Assembly: GCF_039654945.1 (NCBI RefSeq)
Contig: NW_027362003.1
Location: forward strand, 1-64,000
DNA length: 64,000 nucleotides
Source of the DNA: Dendrobates tinctorius
Taxonomy: Eukaryota
Reading direction: 5' to 3'
Both the position numbers and the translations under genes were made by a program. The first letter of the stretch is position 1; each line of letters starts with the position of its first letter. Below the pieces are notes generated by a model that ran no database searches, was not told the origin of the DNA, and worked only from the letters and a program-made list of their open reading frames with translations. This document shows, one piece after another, positions 12,901 through 24,997 of this stretch.

Positions 12901-14175
12901 TGAATAATCCATTAACATCAACAATGTCCATTGTATAGGGAATATTCAAGGTTCCTGATATCTCTGCGCTTTTATTTTAATTGTGTGTTTTTTGTCTGTT
13001 TGTAGCTGATACATTATTGAAGATTTATCTTTTCCTTATGGCTATTCATGAAATGTATGTGTGATATGGGATTCTTGTGTGACCATCATATGAGGACCCC
13101 TCTGGTGTCAGGATGAACACTTCTGAACACTTCATCTAGAACGCCATGTTATTGGTTGACACAGTAATGATAGTGTTGTTGATGTACTCTTGTATATATA
13201 GCTTTTTACATTTTTGCACATATGCACCTTAATTATATATTTTTTTAAATGCCGCACTTTATAATGCTATGGTATATTAGTGGATTCCAATACAATAATG
13301 TTGTTTTCTCTATTTGAGTATATTAAGCACATGTGCACTTTATTATACCTAATATTACCCATTGTGTGACATACTTTCATTAATGTGACTAGTGGGTATG
13401 ATTTTACACTGGCACTTGTAATATCTGTTGTTTTCATTATCTAATATGGTGATTTATTTTACCCCACTAATAATGGTAGACTCCATGGGACTCCTTAAAC
13501 ATGTCCGCTGGCTGAGAGTTCACTCCTGAACGCTGGTCCGTCCTTCCTGGAATCCAACTTGACAACGCACCTGTCTGTGACGCCATCGGGAGATTTCCCC
13601 GGACGTGCACTTTAGATATATCCATATGAGCCACCATTACACATTACCTCTCTTAGGATAAGTATATATAGAGAAGCTATGGATGTACTTGACTCATACT
13701 GATAACTTTTTGTCTGCTGTGATTATTTTCCTGTCTTTTGAGGTGATGTATGTTTATCTGCTGGATTTATAATATCCTTTATATACTTTCAATTGTTCCT
13801 CTGTTCTATGAGAGCCCAAGTCTGTGAGTGCTCCCCAGGTGACACTTGTTGTTTCTTTCTTGATGTACAGCCTGTATATATTTTCTTTATTACTGATTTT
13901 GATTAAATAAGAAACATATATTTGTTTATATTTATGAAGTCAGCATTCAATTTTTTCTTCAGTTTCATTTATTATACCCTGGAGACCAGTGAACAAAAGC
14001 ACAAGAGGGAGGACACAGACTGAGTCTGGGCCCTCCCTCTTGTGCTTCTGCTCACTGGATCCCTCACAACAGTGAGGACAGTAATGCTCTGATGGCGGTC
14101 CTGTCCACACATAAAAGTATAAAATAAAGACTCTGACACATCATGGAAAGTTTAAATAGTGGGAAGTTTATTATA

Positions 14176-14476
14176 NNNNNNNNNNNNNNNNNNNNNNNNN
14201 NNNNNNNNNNNNNNNNNNNNNNNNNNNNNNNNNNNNNNNNNNNNNNNNNNNNNNNNNNNNNNNNNNNNNNNNNNNNNNNNNNNNNNNNNNNNNNNNNNNN
14301 NNNNNNNNNNNNNNNNNNNNNNNNNNNNNNNNNNNNNNNNNNNNNNNNNNNNNNNNNNNNNNNNNNNNNNNNNNNNNNNNNNNNNNNNNNNNNNNNNNNN
14401 NNNNNNNNNNNNNNNNNNNNNNNNNNNNNNNNNNNNNNNNNNNNNNNNNNNNNNNNNNNNNNNNNNNNNNNNNNNN
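14176..14476. other. Assembly gap (N run)
   Basis: About 300 N. Confidence 1.
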
Positions 14477-14650
14477 TTATATTATTATTAATTATATATT
14501 TATTATATTATATATATTAATCTATTATATATTTAACATATTTATATTCTATATTTATTATATTATATTAAATTATATTATTATTTATTATATATATTTA
14601 TTTTATATATATTAATATATTATATATTTAACATGTTATATTTATAGTAT
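14477..14650. repeat. AT-rich low-complexity tract
   Basis: Almost entirely A/T, next to the gap. Confidence 0.9.
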
Positions 14651-14845
14651 TTGAGGTTGAAGGGAGACATTAAGTCCATCTAGTTCAACCTATAGCCTAA
14701 CATGTTGATCCAGAGGAAGGCAAAAAAAACCCATGTGGCAAACAGTGCCACATTGGGGAAAAAAATTCCTTCCTGACTCCACATACGGCAATCAGACTAG
14801 TTCCCTGGATCAACGCCCTATCAAGGAATCTAGTCTATATCCCCT
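14650..14845 (-). mobile_element. CR1 LINE 3' UTR fragment
   Basis: Closely similar to the CR1 3' end at about 55620-55830. Confidence 0.8.
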
Positions 14846-14987
14846 GTACACCATACCAGCATACTTCTCTACTTTCTCCAATTCTTCATCCGTCACGTCT
14901 TCTATCTGTTCTTCTAGGACCGTCAGCCATGTTTCTCTTCCAGCCATGTTCTTCTCCTTGTAGGTCCTGCAGCTCTGTTTCCAGGCA

Positions 14988-15044
14988 TCAGTGGATATTC
15001 CTCTCTCTCTTCCATGCCCAGTGGTCAGGGTCTTCTGCCATGAT
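14988..15044 (-). CDS. spdy: Speedy-like coding exon 6
   Basis: ttctag| then IMAEDPDHWAWKRERNIH* (TGA at 14988-14990). Confidence 0.88.
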   Translation of the reverse strand: MMAEDPDHWAWKRERNIH

Positions 15045-17269
15045 CTAGAATAAAATAAGTGATTATAATCAGAGTGTAAAGGGCATATGTCACCATTAAT
15101 CATAATCTAATTTGCATATATTTTAGGCCTGATGATACTGGTGTGTGATGACTGAAAATCCATGGCAGAATGACTTTATAATCACTTATTAAAGTTTTGT
15201 TGCTTGACATTAAAGCAAGCATGTCATGAGTCCAGCTATGGCTGCAGTCATAAAATGCTCTGCCTAATATCAGGATTACATGACCATTTTGACGTGGCTT
15301 TACAGAGTAAGTACAAGTGCCTCATCAGGTCTAAGGGATTTACTTAAGCATACTATTTATATTGTGATCTCTATTTACAGATCAGCTTTATATTATTACT
15401 GTCTATATTACTCACCAGATCACATGTGTCCCGATCCACCCAAGCCCGGAATCCCATCCTGGTGAGCAGAACATTGCGGCATTGTAGCAGTTGGTCCTTC
15501 TTCATCCTCCACTTCCGTCCAAGGGCCCAGCGGTAGATCTTCTGTCGATATCGCACCTCTTCTTGCTCAAACTGGTTGGCTAAAAACCTTGGAGGGAAGA
15601 GAAATGAAACCAAATAAATTACAATCCACTTCAGAAGAAAATACAGACAACAACAACAAATGCCATTATCATGTATTTAGCCGAGTGGCCGAAAAGAGAT
15701 TTTGGTTTTACAATAAAATAAAACAATGTTATTTATAGACGTGAATGTGTAATAATAAAAGAGACTCACAGAGCTGGAAAGAAGAAGGTTCCATATTCTG
15801 AAGATGGCAGTCCTGCTCTCCTGAAGTAAGCGACGACCATGGCGAGGAGATACTGGAGGGAGGAGAAGCCGAGTTAAGGTCCTGTCACACTAAGCGATAT
15901 CGCTAGCAATATCTCTATAACTTGTGACGTTATAGCGATATTGCTAGCGACATCGCGGTGTCTGATACTTACCTACGACCCGCTCTCCCGCTGGTTATCG
16001 CTGATCGCGCGAGAACATCCAGGACTGTTTATCGTCGTCAGCTTCCTGCGGCGCTTCCTGTGGAGAGACGAGCGTGGAGCCGGGCGGGAGGACGCAGGAT
16101 CGCCTAGTGTGACAGGTAAGTAGCGACCCCCGTCCCCAGCGATGTCACTGGTGAGATTTGCCTGTGTGACAGCTCACTAGCCACCACTTAGCGATGTACC
16201 AGCGATCCTGACCGCGTCATATTGCTGGTCGGGATCGCTGGTACATCGCTAAGTGTGACAGCACCTTTAGAGGGATATATAACACAGCACATATCTGTCA
16301 GTAGATTCCTAGGTTTGGTCATATCTGGCCACTATTACATAAGAATAAGCCCTTTATTTCCCTATGATGGATCTTCTCAGATCTGGAGGATTTCTTATCC
16401 TTCACTACAATAATACCTTGTCCGAAATCTTTAGACAGCTGTCCCTGGCTAAAAAACATCTGATGTGTTCTTCTTCTACAAAAATAAGGAAAATAGAATT
16501 ATTTCACTATGAACTTTGTAATGAAATCCTGTTTAATCCTATTAATTCTAAATTAATGGGGTTGTAGGGCTCCTCATCAATGATGGATTATCCTCAGGAT
16601 CGCTCATCAGTGTCAGATTGGTGGAGATTTGGCGCCTGACACCCACTGATCAGATACTGAAGAATTGTCCTAAAGACATGCCATCAGTATTGAGGAGACA
16701 CCAAAGCCCCGACACTGCTCACCACATAGTGTCTGCTGTATCATACTAGGTGTGACTATAAGAGGAGGAGGGAGAACACTTCCCTACATGTTTCTCCACC
16801 ATAATACACATAAAATAGATTATATGACATGTATTTTATATTAATCTAACACTTTGGGTCTGGAAACCTTGGAAGGTGCAATGAGTCTTACCAAGGAGTG
16901 CGGTGAAAGCTGCCCGCTCTTCCGGCTGGGGGATGTCCTCTTCTGTCTTCCTCCTCTTGGCCTCTTCCTGGGCGGCAGACCGTGAGCTGTAATAGAAGAG
17001 GTAGATATTATAGTATTAGGCCTCACGCGCATGGCCGTACTGTGGCTACACATAACTCACATCCTGATGGGTGTTCTCCTCATGGGGATCTGACATTAGT
17101 TTGGAGCTGTACATGGGATAAATATGTGTAGTGGTGGTGTGTAATGGTCACTATGGACTTTCCGGTTTAAGAGTATGGATTGTGATGACCGCAGTGATGG
17201 AACCTCATCTACTTACCACTCCTCTTCATACTGGGCGATCAGTTCTCTCTTCCGCTTCCTCATGGCCAT
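14988..17269 (-). CDS. spdy: Speedy/RINGO-family CDK activator, spliced: join(17217-17269,16892-16986,16417-16475,15770-15852,15416-15587,14988-15044), 172 aa
   Basis: All introns GT-AG with compatible phases. Product MAMRKRKRELIAQYEEECSRSAAQEEAKRRKTEEDIPQPEERAAFTALLEEEHIRCFLARDSCLKISDKYLLAMVVAYFRRAGLPSSEYGTFFFPALFLANQFEQEEVRYRQKIYRWALGRKWRMKKDQLLQCRNVLLTRMGFRAWVDRDTCDLIMAEDPDHWAWKRERNIH* matches the Speedy box (DKYLLAMV..YF.RAG, ALxLAN, WALG, W.RER). Family recognised; exact ortholog not assignable. Confidence 0.92.
15416..15587 (-). CDS. spdy: Speedy-like coding exon 5
   Basis: ccaag|...|gtgagt; encodes FLANQFE...WALGRKW...VDRDTCDL. Confidence 0.92.
15770..15852 (-). CDS. spdy: Speedy-like coding exon 4
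   Basis: ctccag|...|gtgagt; encodes YLLAMVVAYFRRAGLPSSEYGTFFFPA. Confidence 0.92.
15877..16266. mobile_element. PIF/Harbinger-like MITE in a Speedy intron
   Basis: TIRs aggtcctgtcacactaagcgat / atcgctaagtgtgacagcacct with TTA on both sides. Confidence 0.75.
16417..16475 (-). CDS. spdy: Speedy-like coding exon 3
   Basis: tgtag|...|gtatta; encodes EEHIRCFLARDSCLKISDK. Confidence 0.9.
16892..16986 (-). CDS. spdy: Speedy-like coding exon 2
   Basis: acag|...|gtaaga; encodes ...PEERAAFTALL. Confidence 0.88.
17217..17269 (-). CDS. spdy: Speedy-like coding exon 1 (MAMRKRKRELIAQYEEE)
   Basis: Acceptor tttccag at 17284, ATG at 17269, donor GTAAGT; phase fits the next exon. Confidence 0.8.
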
Positions 17270-17535
17270 TCTTACTCTTCTTCCTGGAAACTACCATACA
17301 GCAAAAAGGAAAACCTGAGTATGCAGAGGATGGCGCTTTCTATAGGATCTCTAGTAGAGTAATGCTATCAACCTAATGTGTAACCAAAAACATAACTACC
17401 ACGGCTTGAATTACATGTGCTCCAGTATTGCAGCTTTATTGCCTCGATTGGTATTTAGTTGTAATACCCAACATGACCCACTGACAGAAGTGGCGCTGTA
17501 GCTAGTAAACAAAGCAAACCCTATTTTCTACTTAA

Positions 17536-17925
17536 AGCGCCACTCCAGTGTTTTGTTTTGTTTGTACTGCTGAAGAGGCGATTTAAATGTAAGCCCCCCT
17601 TATACCGACGGTGCTCCGCTGCTGTGGTGCCATCTCGTGCCCGTAACTTCTGACTGGCTGCAAATGAGAAGTTACGTCACAAGATCTCAATGCAAGTCTA
17701 TGAGCGCCAGAACTAGGCTCTCATACAGATGTATTGAAAAGTGACCCCTGCGCCGCTCCATGAAACACTGGAGCTGATGGTAGGTCACTTTTCACCAGAG
17801 ACTGATAGGAACAACACTGGAAAAGGATTAAAGTAGCGACAGATGAGGATGAGGCAGGGGCCAGGAGAATCACATATAATGCACCACTCCTGCGGTGCAC
17901 TAAAGAGAACCGCTGGAGTGGTGCT
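17536..17925. mobile_element. T2/Kolobok-type MITE
   Basis: TTAA|agcgccactccag ... ctggagtggtgct|TTAA. Confidence 0.75.
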
Positions 17926-18444
17926 TTAAAAAAAAAAATATATATATAATGTATATATATAATCGGTTATCTATGTCTAACCAGATTGATTTTATGTCCT
18001 ATGGTAAGAGAAGACTACACATATCTACACTTTACTGACTGCACTGTGACCCGCCATATAAACCTCTGCATATATCCGCTACCTCCCTGTATAGTAACTG
18101 AGGAGCCAGTAACATATTCTTCATATCTCCACTATATGTATTATATAACTATTATATACAGGCTAATAATGGCCATGCACTTCTAAATATTGGATCTGGG
18201 AATTTCTAGGAGAAATATGTGGCCCCGTATTTTTCAGATTAATCTTTACACATCATTATCCACATTGTAAATATTTACTCAGAATCCCCATATTTTATCC
18301 CATTTATCCATTATCACCCCGTTATCTATATTTGGGTCTTTATGGTGAAATCATTTCCTTTTTTCTATGTGTTGCTTCCAGTATAGATCCCAACTGTCAG
18401 TATCCGGGATGAGATAAGTCGGCAGTTTACTCCTCACACAATGA

Positions 18445-18680
18445 TTCTCACCTCTGTAGAGCGGCCGGTGGCGGCTGTCTCTCCCAATCAGCAGGTAACG
18501 ATCCGGGTATCAATGCAAAAAGTGTCGCTTCTAGGAATCAATAAGGAGCCGGTCTCTTCTCTAATAGAGCAATCGCAGACTGGCACCAACTGACGTTTTT
18601 TTTCTTTCTTTGAATTCAAATCCTGCGATGTGATTGGTTGATGGTTGAGACACATGATGCATGCAGCGCTAAATTTAAAG
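18445..18680 (-). promoter_or_regulatory. Probable non-coding first exon and promoter of the Speedy-like gene
   Basis: Minus-strand donor CAGAG|GTGAGA at about 18450; MYB-like CAACTG at 18587-18592; palindromic double CHR TTTGAATTCAAA at 18609-18620; CCAAT on the minus strand at 18633-18637. Confidence 0.5.
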
Positions 18681-19214
18681 GGACAGCGCATTCTAGTAAT
18701 GTTATAAGCTGATGCAGTGTATGACTTTTATCTCTATCTTTGTAGTTTCCCTCTTTACTCCAGTGAGTGTTATTTGGGGAAGTTGTCATGTTATTCCATT
18801 TATTAACTGATGTTTGGGAAATGGCAGCAGTGAAAGCCCCATGTAATAATGATGATACTAAAGTCATGTGATGAGAGAAGTGTGATGTGTAACATGTTCA
18901 CTAGATCGTCCAATGGAAGAGAGTAATTGTCATCTGCTTTCTTGCTCCCTGTAAAGTCATTATTTAAGCCCCTTAATGACAAGGTGAATTTTCATTTTTG
19001 CGTCTTTGTTTCTTCCTCTTCTTTTCCAAAACTCATAACTTTTTTTATTTTTCTGTCCACATAGCCCTATGACTGCTTCTTTATTGGGGGGAGAAGTTGT
19101 ACTTTTGAATGACACCATTCATTTCACCACATAGTGTACAGGAAAACATAAAAAAATTCCAAGCAAGGAGAAATTGTAAAAGCAAAAAATAAATTCTCAC
19201 ATTGCTTTTAGAAC

Positions 19215-20190
19215 TGTAGGATGCATTATACTGTATTAACTGTTGGGTGCATTATACTGTATGGACTATAGGGTGCATTATATTGTGTGGATAACTATGT
19301 GGTGAATTATACTATGGAAAAGACACCAGGCTGCATTATACTGCATGGATTATTGGGTGCATCATGCTTTATGGACCATCTGGTGCTTTATGCTGTATGG
19401 ATTATGGGGTGCATTATACTGTATGGATGACTATGGGGTGCACTATACTATGCAGAGGACAATGGGGTACATTATACTATATGGATTATTGGGTGCATTA
19501 TGTTGTATAGACTATGGGATGCATTATACTTTGTGGACTATGGGGTGCATTATAATATACAGAGGACAGTTAGAGTGATCAATGAGTGGAACAGGCTGCC
19601 ACGAGAAGTGGTGAGTTTTACTTCAATGGAAGTCTTCAAACAGAGGCTGGACAGATATCTGTCTGGGATGATTTAGCGAATCCTGCTTTGAGCAGGGGGT
19701 TGGACCAGATGGCCCAGGAGGTCCCTTCCAACTCTGCGATTCTATGATTCTATGACTAATGGGGTGCATTATATTATACAGAGGACTATGGGTGCATCAT
19801 ACTATACAGATGACTATGGGTGCATTATGTTGTATAAACTATGGGGTGCATTATGATGTATGGACCATGTATTGCATTATGTTGTATGGACTATGGGGTG
19901 CATTATGCTGTATGAACTATGGGATGCATTATACTATACAGAAGACTTTGGGGTGCATTATACTGTATAGAGTATGGGGAGCATTATACTATACATAGGA
20001 CAATGGAATGCATTATGCTGTATGGAGTACGGGGTCCATTATACTATACAGAGGACTATGGAATGCTTTATGCTGTATGAAGTATGGGGTGCATTATACT
20101 ATACCGAGGACTATGGGGTGCATTATACTCTAGGGAGCATGTGGTGCATTCAATTATGAAGAGGACAAAGTGATGCATTATACTGTGTGA
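19215..20190. repeat. Degenerate minisatellite (26-29 bp unit, ggactatggggtgcattatactgtat)
   Basis: Many tandem degenerate copies. Confidence 0.9.
19568..19757 (+). mobile_element. CR1 3' end fragment inside the minisatellite
   Basis: Encodes WNRLPREVV-type RT tail and ends in (ATTCTATG)n. Confidence 0.85.
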
Positions 20191-20735
20191 TCATTGTGTG
20201 AGGGTCACAGGTGATCATACAATGTAGGGGACATCATACTTTTCTGGGTGAGTTGTGGGTTGGGGTGCAGTAGGGTCATCATACTGTGCGTGTGGACGGT
20301 ACTGTGGAGGAATTCACTGTGGTGGCATCTTACAGTGCCTGTGGGACACTTTTTTGACATCATACTTTGAGTGCAATCATAGGGCTCCAGTACGAGGAAT
20401 ATTAGGGGACACACAGTACCAAACAGGTGCAGAAATAGGGACACATACGGCAGCAGTGGCTCAGCATTGGGTTATCAGCAGGATAAGGAGTTTGTGCAGG
20501 TCCGGGTTAGATGTGGATGATGCCTGAAATGTGAGAAATCATATGTATTTTTGTTGTAATCTCTGCAGCCGAGTCCTGGCTGGAGCAGTTGTCATGTCGG
20601 TCTGGGCCCGATGAAAAAGACGGGAAAAGTAAATGACTCCAGCAGAAAGAACGTCAGCTGTAACTCAGCATCCATAACTGTACTGTAATCCCTTATATGT
20701 TCTGCAGGACTGGTACTGGTATCTACCACTATATA

Positions 20736-22306
20736 CAGTGGTGGAAATAAGTATTTGCCCCCTTGCTGATTTTGTAAGTTTGCCCACTGACAAAGACATG
20801 AACAGTCTGTATTTTTAAGGGTCGGTTAATTTTAACACTGAGAGACAGAATATCAAAAATAAAATCCAGAAAATCACATTGTATAAATTACATAATTTTA
20901 TTTGCATTTTGCAGTGAGAAATAAGTATTTGATTCCTACCACCCATTAAGAGTTCTGGCTATTACAGACCTGTTAAACGCTCCAAATCAACATCGTCACT
21001 TGCATTAAAGACAGCTGTCTTACATAGTCACCTTTATAAAAGACTCCTGTCCACAGACTCAATCAGTCAGACTTTAACCTCTACAACATGGGCAACACCA
21101 AAGTGCTTTATAAGGATGTCAGGGACAAGATCATAGGCCTGCAAAAAGCTGGAATGGGCTAAAAAAACATAAGTAAGACACTGATTGAGCAGGACACAAC
21201 TGTTGGTGCAATAGTAAGAAAATGGAAGAAATACAAAGTCACCGTCAATCGACATCGATTTAGAGCACCATGCAAAGTCTCACCTTGTGGGGTATCCTTA
21301 ATCATAAGGAAGGTGAGAGATCAGCCTAAAACTACATGGAGGGGAACTTGTTATTGATCTCAATGCAGCTGGGACCACAGTCACCAAGAAAACCATTGGT
21401 AACACATTACGCCATAAAGATTTCAAATCCTGCAGTGCAGGCAATGTCCCCCTGCTTAAGAAGGCACATGTGCAGGCCTGTCTGAAGTTTGCCAACGAAC
21501 ACCTGGATGCTTCTATGAGTGATTGGGAGAAGGTGCTGTGGTCAGACGAGACAAAAAATGAGGTCTTTGACTAACTCAACTCACGGTGTTTGGAGGAAGA
21601 GAAATGCAGCCTATGACCCAAAGAACATACTGTCAAGCATGGAGGTGGAAACATTATGTTTTGGAGGTGTTTCTCTGCTAAGGGCAAAGGACTACTTCAC
21701 TGCATCAGTGGGAGAATGGATGGAGCCATGTACCGTAAAATCCTGAGTGACAACCTCCTTCCCTCTGCCAGGACATTAAACATGGGTCGCGGCTGGGTCT
21801 TCCAGAAAGACAATGACCCAAAACATACAGCCAAGGCAACAAAGGAGTGGCTGAAAACGAAGCACAATAAGGTCATGGAGTGGCCTAGCCAGTCTCCAGA
21901 CCTTAATCCCATAGAAAACTTATTGAGGGAGTGAAGCTCTGAGTTGTCAAGTGACAGCCTCAAAATCTTAATGATTTAGAGATGATCTGCAAAGAGGAGT
22001 GGACCAAAATTCCTCCTGACATGTGCGCAAACCTCATCATCAACTACAAAAAACTTCTGACTGCTGTGCTTGCCATCTAGGGTTTTGCCACCAAGTATTG
22101 TCTTGTTTACCAGAGGGATCAAATACTTATTTCTCACTGCAAATTGCAAATAAATTTATATAATTTATACAATGTGATTTTCTGGATTTTATTTTTGATA
22201 TACTATCAATGCTAAAATTAACGTACCCTTAAAATTATAAACTGTTTATGTCTTTGTGAGTAGGCAAACTTACAAAATCAGTAAGGGATCAAATACTTAT
22301 TTCCCT
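20736..22306 (+). mobile_element. Degenerate Tc1-like transposon with ~200-bp IR/DR-type TIRs
   Basis: TA|cagtggtggaaataagtatttg... with an inverted copy at about 22115-22306 (tip truncated); decayed transposase at 21088-22100 ([11 protein letters not shown]...SPDLNPIEN). Confidence 0.9.
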
Positions 22307-22307
22307 T

Positions 22308-23600
22308 GTGGTACTCGCAGGTTCCCAGGACGCAGTGACGAGGCGCAAGACGGTTTAGTGCTTTTAGTATTAACGTTTATAGGCCTAGAGGTAACTGTCC
22401 TCAGTTGTAGCCTAACCAACCAAAGAGGTAACAAGAATTGCCCTCGCAGGGGCTCTATACAAGCAAACACAAACGGGGTAGAACACGACTACGTCCGGCA
22501 AGAGCCGGTCACTATAGGGCCGCGGTATGGCCGACTACGGGTCCTTAATTATATAGCCAACTTAGCCGTCCAGATGTCCCTCGCCGTTCGGGATGGTGGT
22601 CTTTCAGCGTAGCAGTCGCTGGGCCCAGTTGCTGAAGCGTTGACAAATTCTTCGAGCGCTCCGGCGCTCCGATGACACTGGAGCACCACAGGCCCCAGAG
22701 GAGTCCTTGGGCGGATGGGCCACAGCCCCCGGACTGGGGTAAGCGGCAGCGATGTGGGGTGGCGTGGGGCAGGCAACATGCACAGCTACGACGGAGAATC
22801 TGCGGCGAGCAACGGCCCCGCCCTTGCCGCGAACCGTAGCGGGACAGTGGTGGCCGGCGGTGGCACTGGACTTGCCGCGGCCACGGGTAAGAGCAGGGCG
22901 GCCGCGGGTGGCGGGGCACAGGCCGCAGCCGCGGGCCGGAGCGAGGCGACAACGGCCGTGAGCGACCGCGGGCGGGCCGCAAGCAGAGGCGAGGCGGCAG
23001 CAGCCACGAGCGACCGTGGGCAGGCCGCAGCCACGGGCAGAGGCGAGGCGGCCGCGGGCAGAGGCGAGGCGGCCGTGGGCAGAAGCGGGGTAGCGGCTCT
23101 CGGACGGTCATCTGGGCGCTGTCCCTCTGATGTGTTCCTGGAGCGTCTCTCCTGGCTCTGATAAGTCGCTCTGGTTCTCTGTCGCTCCCACGGTCTCCTG
23201 CTGCTACTGTCCCAGTCTACTGACTCACGGTGACTAGCGTTCCCCGCCCCTTTTATACTGGCTCCTCCCCCAGCCCATCTGTCCATCTCAATGGTCCGTC
23301 CCTGAACTCTGTCCCCCAGGAACAATTTCCCCCGGAACCTAGGTGACGGTCCCCTTGGTTCCGGCCTGGACACTCGGCAGGGGCCATTCTTCCCACACCC
23401 TCACTGTAGTCATCATATGACGGTACTAGCTGTGTTGGTCTTTGTATAGAGTCTTTTTTTTTAGTAGTAGTAGGGTCATCTACTGAGGTTCTCTTACATC
23501 CACTATTAATGTACGCCACCATAGTTGTAATCAGGGTTTCCTGGTTAGGGGCAACCTCCGAAGTTTCTTCCACCATGAATCAAACCCCTAGCTACGCCTC
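22308..23600 (-). mobile_element. Unclassified GC-rich insertion with Ala/Pro-rich broken ORFs, possibly a non-autonomous LTR element
   Basis: Begins TGTGG where the Tc1 TIR is cut; short internal repeats (gcagaggcgaggcggcc); no recognisable catalytic motif. Confidence 0.35.
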
Positions 23601-23859
23601 TGGTTTAAACTGATAGTATTCCTTTGAGTACTAGTGTAACTTGTCTAAAAGGCAAAACAAAAGCTGTTTAGTAGCTGTTTGATAATTAAATACTGATCCC
23701 TTGGTTGTTGCTCAGTCCCAGTCTGGCACCAGCCCTCCCAATGGCCCGGCGGAGGTTGGCATTTCCTTTCCTTTACGCCAATAAAAGAACTAAAAGAAAA
23801 AATATCAAGGCTATCATGTGATACCAATAATAATACACCGTTCTACAGCCAAATTGGTT

Positions 23860-24312
23860 CAGGGACAACAATAGGTGAACCTAACTAATTTTGTACTGCT
23901 GAAAACGAATATGATGCTTAAATGTACTGATTGACTCTAATTTCCAAGATCCAGAGGAGATTGTAATTACTTATGACATCTTTCATGCAGGCTTATTGAA
24001 AATTTGTGTCTTTATTTGTTCATCATCATTATTGCATTGTTAGTAACTCGTCTATCACATCATCTACTTAGTCTATTGCGCATTCAATATTCTATCATCT
24101 TAGGGTGACCTATCAAAAACGCCAACTCAGCTCTGATGACATAATCCTAATCACAGTTCCATCACCTACTTTTATAAATGCTCTCTGTGTAAGGTATACA
24201 GTTTTATGATTTCTTAGCTCAGTTTCTTAGCATATTGCGGAGAAATCACTTTTGTGTCACAAAGATGAAACTTGACTGCCATGATATGGCTGCCGAATAG
24301 ATTTAGACAAGT
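23860..24312 (+). mobile_element. Probable 5' part of the Chapaev3-like DNA transposon continued at 31112
   Basis: Joined to 31112+ through a 16-bp direct repeat; subterminal tgctgaaaacgaatatga loosely mirrors tcagattttcattcagga near 32380. Confidence 0.4.
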
Positions 24313-24899
24313 AATAAAAGAATATGCACAAAGGCGCAAAGTGCTACGTACTAATACCTGCAGCTGCAAATATAGACAAAAACCACCCTATTTGTCCTAC
24401 AATAAACGTCAATATATATAAATTAGTTATTTGCGCTAGCAGGTTAAATACTAAACAAAACATAAAAAATAAATATGTAAACTAAGTACACTCTTTCCTT
24501 CTCCCACACAGGATAATGCCGTTAGAAATTGACCATAGTCAAGCTGGTTCAAAAAACTTGCATAGCAATACCTTCGATCTAGTAGGTTATGAGCTAGTGA
24601 AGGGATCCGTGCTGGAGCGGTGTCTCCTTACAGGAATGGCGGTTCAGTCAGTGGTAACGATAAGGGTACAAGTCTTCAAATTGTTGACCCTCAGGTGGAG
24701 ACCGTAGGTACGGGACGCTGTTCCGGCCGGTAACAGACGTCCGTCTAGTCGCGTGACCGCCGCCGCTGCCCGGCGAAAGTACCGCGCGAATAGATTCAAA
24801 GCCAGCAAGGTAGCAGAACCTGCAGGACCTTGCGTGACGTCACGGTCACGTGGAGAGCCACGTGACTGGCTAGTGAGCGCAAGTTTGACCAAAAAGCTG

Positions 24900-24939
24900 T
24901 CTTACGCGTTTCGGAATCACCGGATTCCTTCCTCAGAGA
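24900..24939 (-). ncRNA. Minimal type I hammerhead ribozyme, inverted copy
   Basis: Exact reverse complement of 30590-30629. Confidence 0.85.
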
Positions 24940-24997
24940 TGGTCTATAGGAATCAAATAGGCTCTTATATACCCACAGTGTCCAGCCTCTATATTCA

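Noticed and set aside
14143-14520. ORFs of 110-125 aa
   Set aside because: They run through the N gap
14810-15103. 97-aa ORF as an independent gene
   Set aside because: Overlaps the last Speedy exon in another frame and runs into a CR1 fragment
19215-20190. Short repeats with variable intervening bases (CRISPR-like appearance)
   Set aside because: Degenerate contiguous minisatellite with no unique spacers, in eukaryotic DNA without cas genes
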